DNA from: an uncultured Nitrososphaerota archaeon
Lineage (GTDB): Archaea > Thermoproteota > Nitrososphaeria > Nitrososphaerales > Gagatemarchaeaceae
Reading direction: 5' to 3'
Length of the DNA: 64,000 bases
Assembly: GCA_963703285.1 (NCBI GenBank)
Contig: OY969807.1
Location: 1,248,001-1,312,000 of the forward strand
How positions within the stretch are numbered: the first letter of the stretch is position 1; each line of letters begins with the position of its first letter. The notes beneath the pieces are model-generated. The model did no database searches. It saw nothing but the letters and a program-made list of their open reading frames with translations, and was not told the origin of the DNA. Below are positions 48,425 through 58,005 of this stretch, in pieces. The position numbers were made by a program, and so were the translations under genes.

Positions 48425-50438
48425 TCACTTTCCGGCGAACTCTTTCACCTCGGAGGCTCCGTGCACCGACTGGACGGTGATGACGTGGGCCGACCTGTCT
48501 ATCACGCTGATTATGGAGGGCGTAATCACGATGTTCTGGGAGTTGGGGTTGCCCTTCGACCCCGCGAGGATCATCTTGAATATCGCCTCCCTGTTCCTCG
48601 GGTCCATGTGGATGTCGAACTCGTCCATGGCCCGAAGCGGCGATATTATCCGGGACTGGAGCGAGAGGATGAAGGCGACGAGGGCCACGGACCTCTCTCC
48701 GCCGGACTGCGTGTAGGGGTCGAGCACCGAGGGAGGCGCTCCCTTGTACCCGACGAGGAGCTGGAACCCCGTCTCCTCTATGCCGTCTCCCTCCTCGAGC
48801 CTGATGGCGCCGCTCGCACCCACCGTCGACAGGACGTGCTGGTAGACCGGGGTTATCTCGTCTATGAGGTTCTGTATGGCGGTCCTCCAAGCCTTTTTCC
48901 TCTCCTCGAGCTCCTTCAGCAACAGCCCCTTGTTCTCTTGGAGCAGGGTCAGCTTGTCCTTCAGCCCCTCGATGTTGCCGACGTAGTCCTTGTAGATGCG
49001 CTCGGCGTCCTCCGGGAGATCCTGCAGTTTCTGTATCTGGGCGGAGACGAGCTTCAGCTCCTCTGAGACCTCGTAGGGCTGCCTCTCGGTGACTATCCGC
49101 TCGCCCGCCTTATCGAGCTCTGGCCCAAGGGTCTGGAGCTCTCCCAGGACCTCCTTCTCGGAGCGCTCCAGCTCCCTGATCTCGGACTCGGTGACCTTGA
49201 TGCGGTAGGCGAGCACCTCGAACCTCACCCGCTGCCCGATGTACTCCTCGGTGGTCTTCCTAATCAGCTCCTCGACGCCGCCCAGCTCGGCCTGGAGGGA
49301 TGCCACCTCCCTGTCTAGCTCGGTCTTCTTTCTCAGCCGCGTCCTCCGACGCGCCCCTCGACCTCTCGGACGAGAACTCCAGGAACTCTTGGACGCGCTT
49401 CAGCCTCTTCGCGTCCATGACGTCGGAGAGGCCGTCAATCTCCTTCTCGATGGTCTCGAGCTCTGTCCTGAGCTTCTCCATCGCGCCCCGCGCGCCCTCG
49501 TCGCCCGCCCTCTCCTTCTCGGCTCGGACAAGCGCGCCGTAGAGCTTCCCCAGCTCGACCTGCCGGTCCAGCAGGGCCTTGTGCAGCGACTCGGACTCCG
49601 TCCCAGACTTGGACTGCTGGTCTGTCATCTCGTCGAGAGTCTCCCTCTTCATGGCTAGCCTCTCTCGGACCGACTGGAGCGACCTGGAGAGCTTCCCCTC
49701 CTGGGCCCAGAGGAGCTCGCTGGCCAGCAGTCCCCTGTGCTCGAGAAGCTTCCTCTTCTCCAGGTAGCGGTCGTAGATCTGCTTCCAGTACTCTATGGTC
49801 TGGTTGGCGTTCTCGATCAGCTGGATGAGCGAGCCCTCCTCGCTGATGAGGCCCTTGAGGTCGCCCTCCGACTGGATTATCCGCTCCCTGTACTCGCGGA
49901 AGCCGACGGCCTCCTCGACCATCGTGAGCCTCTGCTGGGTGGAGATGGCCCCGAGCTCCTCGATCATCCCCTGGTGCATTATAATCAGGAGGTTGTCTGG
50001 GTTTATCCCGAACTCACTGAGCAGCTTCACGACCTCGCTCTTGTCTATCTCCTTGTAGTCGGCCTCGTACCAGTAGGAGCCGTCCTTCCTCAGGTAGCGG
50101 GAGAGCATGAAGGTGTCGGACTTGGAGTAGGGGATGGGCCTCGAACCTGCCCTCTCCCTGTTGTCGAATATCAGGGAGACGCGGGCGATTTCCTTCCCCC
50201 TCCTTATCAGGTCGCTGAGCTTCCTGGACCTCTCAGTATAGGCCTGGCCGAAAGCCACGGAGATGGCGAGGAGGACGGACGACTTGCCGGCGCCGTTGGG
50301 TCCCACTATGAGGTTCAGCCCTCCCGTCAGTGGGATCCTCGCGTACTCGTAGCTCATGAAGTTCTCAAGAATTATCTCCTTGATCGGGGGAGAGAACGTC
50401 TTCTCCGGGGCCGATAACTCTCGAAGGGGCCTCGACAA
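48425..50438 (-). CDS. Short SMC-like ATPase (archaea-specific SMC-related, ClsN/Arcadin-4/Sph-like), frameshift near 49340
   Basis: LENFMSY, Walker A GPNGAGKSS, coiled coil, QSGGERS, Walker B AMDEFDIHMD; about 670 aa when the two ORFs are joined. Confidence 0.82.
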
Positions 50439-50537
50439 TGCTCGGGAGCGCAGACCGTTTAGGTATTTTAGGGATGCGGTGCCCGCGGACGAAAAACGCG
50501 ATTGATTTTTACCTGAGTGGTCCGGGCTCCCTGCGTC

Positions 50538-51221
50538 TTGGTCCTAGCAGCGAAGATTTTCGTGGTCAAGGAGGAGAAGAACCTGCCGCTCCTCGCCACG
50601 AAGCTCAAGAGCTTCAAGCTTGAGCAGGAGATGAAGGTGGAGGATCGGTCGTTCAACCTCCTCTCGGAGATATCCGACCTGTCCATCTCGAAGGAGACCC
50701 TGGAGGGGACGTTCTCCTTCGACACGGTGTTCATGGTCAACCAGAGGGGGAACTCCATCCCGGTCACGAGGACGTTCATGGCGCCGTTCACGTTCAACCT
50801 CTTCGGGGAGAACCTGTACCTCACGATATTCGAGAAGAAGAGCAGGGCGAACAACGTCGCGAACGAGATGTCTAAGGCCCTCTTCATGAGCCTGGGCCAG
50901 ATCGTCGAGGCGAGGATCCCGCCGGACGTCCTGAAGAGGTTCCACGAGGAGAACTTCGAGAACACGAAGATCCTCTTCTTCGACTCCGTCGACCTCCCGA
51001 ACATCTCCAAGCTCTCCCTGTACGGGGAGGCGCTCGGGACGACGACCCTCTACAACGACTACCTCGAGCACGGTCAGATCTGGTACGCGGTCGTGAAGTC
51101 GAAGAAGTTCGGGTACGTGGTGGGCGTCACCAGGAGTGCCGTCGTGACCTGCTTCAGCAGGGCGGACCTTCCCGAGTTCAAGACCTACGTCAGGGCCGAG
51201 ATCCTGCCGCTCCTCAAGTGA
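50538..51221 (+). CDS. Conserved hypothetical protein divergent from the SMC-like gene
   Basis: Strong host codon bias; likely TTG start MVLAAKIF. Confidence 0.75.
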   Translation: MVLAAKIFVVKEEKNLPLLATKLKSFKLEQEMKVEDRSFNLLSEISDLSISKETLEGTFSFDTVFMVNQRGNSIPVTRTFMAPFTFNLFGENLYLTIFEKKSRANNVANEMSKALFMSLGQIVEARIPPDVLKRFHEENFENTKILFFDSVDLPNISKLSLYGEALGTTTLYNDYLEHGQIWYAVVKSKKFGYVVGVTRSAVVTCFSRADLPEFKTYVRAEILPLLK

Positions 51222-51274
51222 ACTCGCGGGCCGTTAGGTAAATAGGCACCCCCGCGGCGCGCGGGCAGAGATCC

Positions 51275-52027
51275 TTGCTGAAGGTAGTTCCCGGGGAGGC
51301 CGCACTTGTGTTCAACGAGCAGGAGGAGCGCACCATCCTCATCTCCGACCTCCACCTCGGCCTGGAGAAGGAGATGGCCAAGAAGGGCTTCAGGATCCCG
51401 CCCTACTCGACGAAGATCATGGGCAGAATCAACTCCCTAGCCGAGCGCTACCGGGCGAACAGGATCATAGTGCTCGGCGACGTGAAGCACTCGATCAGGA
51501 AGGTCGAGGACATCGACTGGAACGTCCTGCCGTGGTTCTTCGAGACGCTGCTCGACGTCTTCCCCTCGGTCGAGGTGGTCCCCGGCAACCACGACGGCGG
51601 AATAAGGTCGCTGCTCCCCAGCAGGGTCAAGGTGCACCCATCGGACGGGATGGTCATAGGGGTCGAGGAGAAGGTCGGCGTTGCCCACGGTCACTCGTGG
51701 CCGTCGCTCGAGGTCATCTCCTGCGGCAAGATCGTGATGGGCCACTCACACTTCAGGTACGAGATGAGGGACAGGTTCGGGGCGAGGAGCAAGGAGGCCG
51801 TGTGGCTCTTCGCGAAGTACGACCTCGACGGTCTCCTCACGAAGGCGGGGTACAAAGGCGCCGGGAACAGGGTGGGGGAGCTGATGGTGATGCCCCCCTT
51901 CAACAACTTGGTCGGAGGGCAGGCGATCAACGCCAAGGGCGGCTTCGACTTCGGGCCAGTGCTATCTTCAGGGACGGTCGACGTGGCCGGCGCCGACATC
52001 TTCCTCCTGGACGGGACGCGCGTGTGA
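51275..52027 (+). CDS. Calcineurin-like metallophosphoesterase (COG1407-like)
   Basis: SDLHLG, LGDVKH, PGNHD, HGH, MGHSH. Confidence 0.9.
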   Translation: MLKVVPGEAALVFNEQEERTILISDLHLGLEKEMAKKGFRIPPYSTKIMGRINSLAERYRANRIIVLGDVKHSIRKVEDIDWNVLPWFFETLLDVFPSVEVVPGNHDGGIRSLLPSRVKVHPSDGMVIGVEEKVGVAHGHSWPSLEVISCGKIVMGHSHFRYEMRDRFGARSKEAVWLFAKYDLDGLLTKAGYKGAGNRVGELMVMPPFNNLVGGQAINAKGGFDFGPVLSSGTVDVAGADIFLLDGTRV

Positions 52028-52029
52028 TC

Positions 52030-52443
52030 CTAGAGCGGATGCGGTGAGCCGTTCAGGGACCTCTGGATGAGACGGTCGAGCGCTAGCTCCCCCACGGCGC
52101 CGATCGCCGTGTCCACGGGCCGGCCGTTCTTGAAGACCATGAAGGTGGGTATGGACTGGACGTCGTACCGGGTCGCGATGTCCGACTGCTCGTCGGTGTT
52201 CAGCTTCCCGAAGACGACCTTGTCGGAGTACTTCGCGGCAAGCCGGTCCACGACCGGCTCCATGGCCTTGCATGGGGGGCACCAGACGGCCCAGAAGTCG
52301 ACGAAGACGGGACGGCCGTCGCTCAGGTACCTGTCGAAGTCGGAGGTTGTCAGCGTGACAATCGGAGCGCGTCTCGAGGGGGACTCGGGCCCAGCACTCT
52401 TCGACTTCTCGCTTGGAATCTTGGCAAAATCAGGATTAGACAA
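52030..52443 (-). CDS. trxA: Thioredoxin
   Basis: DFWAVWCPPCK, V.SIPT; start estimated from upstream TTTAAA. Confidence 0.9.
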   Translation of the reverse strand: MSNPDFAKIPSEKSKSAGPESPSRRAPIVTLTTSDFDRYLSDGRPVFVDFWAVWCPPCKAMEPVVDRLAAKYSDKVVFGKLNTDEQSDIATRYDVQSIPTFMVFKNGRPVDTAIGAVGELALDRLIQRSLNGSPHPL

Positions 52444-52498
52444 TGACCTTGCGACAACCTGAAAAGGGTATTTTAAAGATTCTAGGGCCGATGGGGCA

Positions 52499-53108
52499 TT
52501 GACCGATTCTTTCGCGGAGTGGCTGGCCGCCGTCGCTCGAACGCTCACGCAGGACGAGCCGACGGAGAGGGTCGCGAGGGTAACGGCCGCAGTGGCTGTG
52601 ACGCTGCTGGAACGCCCGCGTGGAGGTAAGGTCCTCCTGATCAGAGCGCGCCGAGAGGCGAGGGGACCCCTGGTCGGGGGACGTGGCGTTCCCCGGAGGC
52701 AGGGTGGAGCCGGGAGACAGGAGCTTCAGAGAGGCGGCCGTCCGGGAGACGCGCGAAGAGCTGGGGGCCGACCTCGGGTCGGTGGCGCGCTTCGCCGGCT
52801 ACATGGGTCGGTTCCAGGCCAGGAGGAAGGGTATCTGGGTTGTGCCGTCGGTCTTCGTGGCGAGGGCGGTGTTTCCCATGGTCGCGAGCAGGGAGGTCTC
52901 GTCCCACATGTGGGTCTCCCTGCGGGAGCTCTTGGCCCGCGAAAACCGTTCGACCTACACCCTGGAGCAGGGTGGCGAGCGCAGGAGCTTCCCTTCGTTC
53001 AACGTCGCGGGGCGGGTCGTCTGGGGTCTGACCGAGAGAATCCTGTCGTCGCTGCTGGCAGAGGACCTGGAAGAGGGCGCGGGGCCTACTTCGAGACGTA
53101 GTCCTTGA
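52499..53108 (+). CDS. Nudix hydrolase (CoA pyrophosphatase-like), +1 frameshift near 52645
   Basis: AAVAV..VLLI joins RAERRGDPWSGDVAFPGG..E..REAAVRETREELG..VWGLTERIL after removing one base. Confidence 0.8.
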
Positions 53109-53520
53109 TCTCGGCGAGGTGCTCGGGGTTCCTGCGGAGGAACTCGACCAGCCTCTCTATGCGGTAGATGGTCGTCGGCTGCACATGGTGCTCTATCCCC
53201 TCCGTGTCTTCGTAGGCGACCTTGCCCTCGACGCCGATCATGGACAGGAACTCTGAGATTATCTCGTGGCGCCTTATGACGGACCTCGCTATCTTCTCGC
53301 CGGAGTCCGTCAGCTTCATCCCCCTGTACGGCTCGTGCAGGATGTAGCCGCGGGAGGCCAGCTTCCCGACCATGTTCGAGACGGTCGGAGGCTTGACCTC
53401 GAGCTTGTCGGAGATGTCGACCGTGTTGGCGTATCCCTTGTCCTCGAGGAGGTGGTACACCGTCTCCAGATAGTCCTCCGCCCGGGGCGTCTCCTGCTTC
53501 TTCCCTGCTCCCCTCGGCAT
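53086..53520 (-). CDS. mntR: DtxR/MntR family metal-dependent regulator
   Basis: EDYLETVY, V.PPTV..M..KL, RRHE, EGIEHH. Confidence 0.88.
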   Translation of the reverse strand: MPRGAGKKQETPRAEDYLETVYHLLEDKGYANTVDISDKLEVKPPTVSNMVGKLASRGYILHEPYRGMKLTDSGEKIARSVIRRHEIISEFLSMIGVEGKVAYEDTEGIEHHVQPTTIYRIERLVEFLRRNPEHLAEIKDYVSK

Positions 53521-53608
53521 CTTCGACTTCCCGTCCGAGCCAACTTAAAAGGATTACAAAATCTCAGTCTAACATCTTTCGATTAGCCTAGTCTGAGCGG
53601 GCGGGTGC

Positions 53609-54136
53609 TCAGCGCAGGTCGGGAACTGATTCAGCCCTGGCCTCGGGGACGAGCTGTCTCTGCCTGCTCTGGACCCTCGAGCGCCTTACCTCCCCGCGCT
53701 CGTAGGGGAAGACGACCCAGGTGTCGACCGTCTGGAGCGAGTAGTCCGGGACGAACGTGCTCCACGGCTTCGTGAAGAGGACCGCGGTCTTCATAATCGC
53801 CGGCTTCTCCGGGACGAAGTACTGGGTGACCGTCTCCATGGTCTCGCCGCCGTCCACGAGGTCGTCGACGACGAGCACCCTCTTCCCCGAGATGCGCTCG
53901 GTGACTGTGGTGAGGATCTTGGGCTTCACACGCTCGCCCACGTCGGTGTACGACTTCACGTTGATGAAGTCGACCTTGCTGCCTATCCTGTCCGCGACGG
54001 TCATGGCGACGGGGAGCCCTCCCCGGGCGATTCCGATGACGAGGTCGAATTTCTCCCCGCTCGAGTGCACCTCGTCGGCTAGCCGCGTGACGAGTTCGCC
54101 GTACTGGCCCCAGCTGAGGTATCGCAGCTTCGGCAT
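53609..54136 (-). CDS. Purine phosphoribosyltransferase (type I)
   Basis: GIARGG, VLVVDDLVDGGET, WVVFPYE. Confidence 0.88.
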   Translation of the reverse strand: MPKLRYLSWGQYGELVTRLADEVHSSGEKFDLVIGIARGGLPVAMTVADRIGSKVDFINVKSYTDVGERVKPKILTTVTERISGKRVLVVDDLVDGGETMETVTQYFVPEKPAIMKTAVLFTKPWSTFVPDYSLQTVDTWVVFPYERGEVRRSRVQSRQRQLVPEARAESVPDLR

Positions 54137-54169
54137 TGGTCTGGCCAGCGAGAGCCCTCTAAAAAGTCT

Positions 54170-55042
54170 TCAAGAAGAGGGCGGTCCCGGCCGGGCTGCC
54201 CGGACCCTCCCGGGGCGGAGTCGCGAGATGTAGATTCCGGCGAACATGACCCCGACTCCAGCAACCTCGACGGGCGAGGGTATCTCCCCCGTCAGCAGCG
54301 CTTGGATGATGACGGTCGTTGCGGGGACCGCGAACGCGACCGTGGTTATCCTCCCTATGGACTCGATCCTTGCCAGCGCGTTCCAGAGAAGGAGGGAGAG
54401 CGCGCCCCCGACCAAGGCGACGTACCCGAGGTCGATGAAGAATCCGGAGGCGGGGTTTAGGTGGAAGGTGAACGGAAAGAGGGGCAGGAAGAAGAGCCCT
54501 CCGATGAGGAACTGCGTCGCCACAGTCCTGACCGGGTCCTGGTTCTTCAGCTTCCTGTAGTAGACGGTGTAGAGCCCCCAGAAGACCGCGCCCATCACGG
54601 TGAAGACGATCCCGAGTAGCGAGCCTCCGGCGTAGCTGAGCGCAGACCCGTAGGTCGCGACGCCTGCAAAACCGATTAGGGTCCCGGCGGCGGTGAGCTT
54701 GGAGGTTCCCTCCTTCAGTATAAGCGCCGCGAGCGGAATCGCAAAGAGGGGCATCGTGTAGCTCAGGACGGCTGACTGGCCCGGGGAGACGTAGACGAGG
54801 CCCGTGGCCCAGAAGGTGCTGCTGAGGAAGGTGAAGAAGCTCAGCAGTACCGTGTCCCTGTTCACGATGGGCCTGAAGCTCCGGACGATCGCGAAGCAGA
54901 TCGCCGAAGCAAGGAGATAGCGGATGCCCATGAAGACGATGGGGTCGACGTATTGCAGGCCGTCCTTGGTGAACTGGTACGTGAGACTAGAAGCGAGCAC
55001 GTAGGGAAGGGCGTAGGTGAACATGCCTCTCTTGGTGCTCAT
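54170..55042 (-). CDS. EamA/DMT family transporter
   Basis: About 10 TM in two repeats; YTMPLF..LA..ILKE. Confidence 0.88.
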   Translation of the reverse strand: MSTKRGMFTYALPYVLASSLTYQFTKDGLQYVDPIVFMGIRYLLASAICFAIVRSFRPIVNRDTVLLSFFTFLSSTFWATGLVYVSPGQSAVLSYTMPLFAIPLAALILKEGTSKLTAAGTLIGFAGVATYGSALSYAGGSLLGIVFTVMGAVFWGLYTVYYRKLKNQDPVRTVATQFLIGGLFFLPLFPFTFHLNPASGFFIDLGYVALVGGALSLLLWNALARIESIGRITTVAFAVPATTVIIQALLTGEIPSPVEVAGVGVMFAGIYISRLRPGRVRAARPGPPSS

Positions 55043-55189
55043 CGGCGGCGCCCAGTGTCGCCTGCGGTCGCCTCATAAGTAGATTGAACGGAAACGCTAT
55101 CGCGGCCGTGTCACCCGAAGGGAAAGGGGCGCCGCGATAGCCAGAAAGAAGATGCGGAGAGGTCGGCTCTTTCTGGCTCTTGGTTTAGA

Positions 55190-55204
55190 TGGGCCGGGAG
55201 AGAC
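55190..55204 (-). repeat. Duplicate of the tRNA-Val 3' end (att-like)
   Basis: TGGGCCGGGAGAGAC is identical to 55366-55380. Confidence 0.8.
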
Positions 55205-55365
55205 GCGACCACTTTACTGTTCAAACCCGCATCCCAGGACCGAACGAGTTCAAGCTCGACGTGAATCGACGAGCCTACTTTCCCAACCTGGAATCGAACT
55301 GGCGATAGAATCGTCAGAATTGGGCTCTTTCCGTTAACTAGAGGGTATTCTGGGTTAATTGCTAG

Positions 55366-55440
55366 TGGGCCGGGAGAGACTTGAACTCTCGACATTCGCC
55401 GTGTAAGAGCGACGTCCTAACCGAGCTAGACGACCGGCCC
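55366..55440 (-). tRNA. tRNA-Val(TAC), intronless
   Basis: GGGCCGG acceptor stem, anticodon arm TCGCT-CTTACAC-GGCGA, T arm GAGAG-TTCAAGT-CTCTC; CCA not encoded. Confidence 0.97.
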
Positions 55441-55721
55441 GAGACGCGTCCCGGCCGACATCGGTAATAAGCGTTGGAAGGTTAAGTCGACGCGAAGTTC
55501 TGACGTCTTTCCCGCTGAAAGCAGGAGAAATTTTCGGAGACCTTCCAAATACTTAAATAGAAAACGCGGAGCGACTATCTCGAGTGATGCGAATGCGAGG
55601 GGATCAACTTCATGGGAGCTGGTTCTGTTCATCATTCGCTATGAAAGTCCGTTAGGCATCACAAGGTTATCGGCGACCGTCTTCGCCCCTTCACCGGTTA
55701 CGCGTATGTCTACTTCGAGAG

Positions 55722-56681
55722 GTGTGGAATACGGTTAAGCAACTGAAGCTGGCGCTGCCCAAGGGTTCGCTGGAGAAGGCAACCTTCGAGATCTTCCAGA
55801 AGTCCTACTACAAGATCTCCGGCCAGGACAGGACCTACAGGCCTTTCTTCGGAGACCCGGAGGTAGAGCTCAGGATACTCAGGCCACAGGAGATACCTGT
55901 GTACGTCGCGGACGGCGTCCAGGACGCGGGAATCACGGGAATCGACTGGATTCGCGAGACGGGCGCGAACGTGGAGAAGGTCCTGGACCTGGAGTACGGG
56001 AGGGTGAAGATCGTCACGGCGTTCCCGAAGTCTGCGCCCTACGAGAAGGCCAGCGAGCTTCTGGAGGACTACTGGAAGAGGGGCAAGGCCGTCCGCGTGT
56101 CGGCGGAGTACCTCAACATCACCTCAGACTACCTGAAGTCGATACCCGCATACAAGAAGCTCTTCGGGAAGAAGGAGCCCATGATAATCACGCCGTGGTG
56201 GAGGAAGGGCGACAACCCGAAGGCGAGGGTCTACCTCTCTTTCGGCGCGACCGAGGCCAAGCCCCCGGAGATCGCCGACATCATCGTGGACGTGACGGAG
56301 ACCGGCACGACGCTCGAACAAAACAACCTGAGGCAGGGGGAGACGATAATGGTCTCGACCGCCCACCTCGTCACCAACAAGTCCGCGATGAACCTTGCGT
56401 GGAAGAGGGAGAAAATCTACGACCTGAAGGTGATGCTCAGGGGTGTCGTGGAGGCCCAGAAGAAGCTACATATCTTCGTCAACGTCCGTGAGGAGAACCT
56501 CCAGAAGCTCCTCTCGCAGCTGCCATCGCTGAAGAGGCCGACGATAAGCCCGCTCTCCGAGAAGGGGTGGTTCGCAGTGAACACCGTGATCGGCAGGAGC
56601 GACCTACTGAAGATGCTACCCACCCTCAGGAGGCTCAGCCAGGGTCTGGTGGTGCACGAGCCCCAGCAGATCCTCTCCTAG
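55722..56681 (+). CDS. hisG: ATP phosphoribosyltransferase (long form)
   Basis: LALPKGSLE, RPQEIP.YV, GATE, DVTETGTTL..N.L, PTISPL. Confidence 0.95.
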   Translation: MWNTVKQLKLALPKGSLEKATFEIFQKSYYKISGQDRTYRPFFGDPEVELRILRPQEIPVYVADGVQDAGITGIDWIRETGANVEKVLDLEYGRVKIVTAFPKSAPYEKASELLEDYWKRGKAVRVSAEYLNITSDYLKSIPAYKKLFGKKEPMIITPWWRKGDNPKARVYLSFGATEAKPPEIADIIVDVTETGTTLEQNNLRQGETIMVSTAHLVTNKSAMNLAWKREKIYDLKVMLRGVVEAQKKLHIFVNVREENLQKLLSQLPSLKRPTISPLSEKGWFAVNTVIGRSDLLKMLPTLRRLSQGLVVHEPQQILS

Positions 56682-56709
56682 AGGAGTTCGCAGGAGAGAA
56701 CGGGGAGAA

Positions 56710-58005
56710 ATGAATCAGCTCCTCCCCCCGGTGAGGGTCGAGAAGGGGGACTACGCGGGCGCAGCCGCCCGTATCAGGGGCCGGGCTCGCGACACCCCGT
56801 CAGTCGAGGGGGCAGCTCGGAAGATAATCGCGCGCGTGAGGCGTGATGGGGACGCCGCCCTGAGGGAGCTGACTCTGGAGCTGGACCACGCGAAGACAAC
56901 CGGGAGCTTGAGGGTGGGAGAAGAGGAGATGGAGCGCGCGCTAGAGAGGGTAGAGCGACGGCTCCGTGACTCTTTGGAGTTCTCGCTCACGCGTCTCAGG
57001 AAGACCCAGGGGCAGCTCCTCAGGCGGCTCTCGTACTCCTATGTCTCGGACGGTTTTGTCACCCGGACGGTCGCGAGGGGTCTGCCCTCGGTCGGATGCT
57101 ATGTGCCCGGAGGGAGGGCTGCGTACGCGAGCACCGTCCTCATGACGGCCGGCGTCGCCAAGCTGGCGGGCGTCAGGAGGGTGGCGGTTTGCACGCCTCC
57201 ACGCCCTGACGGGACGGTGAACGAAGCGATCCTAGCCGCTGCAAGGTTGTGTGGGGTCGACGAGGTCTACAGGGTCGGGGGAGCTCAGGCGATTGCCGCG
57301 CTCGCCTACGGGACGGAGTCGATCCCGAAGGTATCGAAGATCGTCGGTCCCGGGGGGCTGTTCGTCTCGGTCGCAAAGAAGATCGTCTCCAACGACGTGC
57401 AGATCGACTTCTTCGCAGGGCCGACGGAGATCGTTGTGGTGGGCGACGGGACGACCGACCCGCGCGTCGCGGCGTGGGACCTCGTCGGGCAGGCGGAGCA
57501 CGGAGAGGACACCCTCTGCGGGCTCATCACCTGGGACCCACGCCTGGCCGAGAGGGTCAGGAAGGAGGTCACTGGGATAGTTCCGGGCGTGGAGAGGAAG
57601 CAGTACGTGAGGGGCGCCCTTGCACACGGTTTCGCAGTCGTCTGCGCCGACAGGGACGCGGCCGCCGAGATGGTCAACGCGCTTGCCCCAGAGCACGTCG
57701 AGTTGATGATGGACGACCCGAGGGATTTCGCCGACATGGTAGAGAACGCGGGGCTCGTCCTCTCGGGGAGGTATGCGCCCTGCGCGGCGAGCGACTACTG
57801 CGTCGGGACGGACCACGTGATCCCGACGGAAGGCTACGCCGCAGACAGGGCGAGCCTCTCGGTACTGGACTTTGTCAAGGTGACATGGGTCGTCGAAGGG
57901 ACCAGGCGGGGGCTGAGGACGATTCTTCCCGCTCTCGAATCGCTCGCCAAAGCGGAGGGCCTCCCCAACCACTACAGGTCCGTGGAGTCGCGGTTCAGAA
58001 GATGA
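56710..58005 (+). CDS. hisD: Histidinol dehydrogenase
   Basis: YVPGG, GGAQAIAALAYG, AGPTE, QAEH, APEH, DY..GT.HV.PT. Confidence 0.95.
   Translation: MNQLLPPVRVEKGDYAGAAARIRGRARDTPSVEGAARKIIARVRRDGDAALRELTLELDHAKTTGSLRVGEEEMERALERVERRLRDSLEFSLTRLRKTQGQLLRRLSYSYVSDGFVTRTVARGLPSVGCYVPGGRAAYASTVLMTAGVAKLAGVRRVAVCTPPRPDGTVNEAILAAARLCGVDEVYRVGGAQAIAALAYGTESIPKVSKIVGPGGLFVSVAKKIVSNDVQIDFFAGPTEIVVVGDGTTDPRVAAWDLVGQAEHGEDTLCGLITWDPRLAERVRKEVTGIVPGVERKQYVRGALAHGFAVVCADRDAAAEMVNALAPEHVELMMDDPRDFADMVENAGLVLSGRYAPCAASDYCVGTDHVIPTEGYAADRASLSVLDFVKVTWVVEGTRRGLRTILPALESLAKAEGLPNHYRSVESRFRR

Noticed and set aside
45993-50438. Wadjet (JetABCD) defence system
   Set aside because: No Toprim JetD gene, the SMC is much shorter than typical JetC, and codon usage is host-like
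55111-55395. 94-aa ORF overlapping tRNA-Val as a split-integrase fragment
   Set aside because: No tyrosine recombinase motifs recognised, and it starts inside the tRNA
57249-58001. N-terminal extensions of the HAD ORF (likewise lipB, ilvE, leuC, ilvN, hisA)
   Set aside because: Arg/Gly-rich off-frame readings of the upstream genes; starts were reassigned
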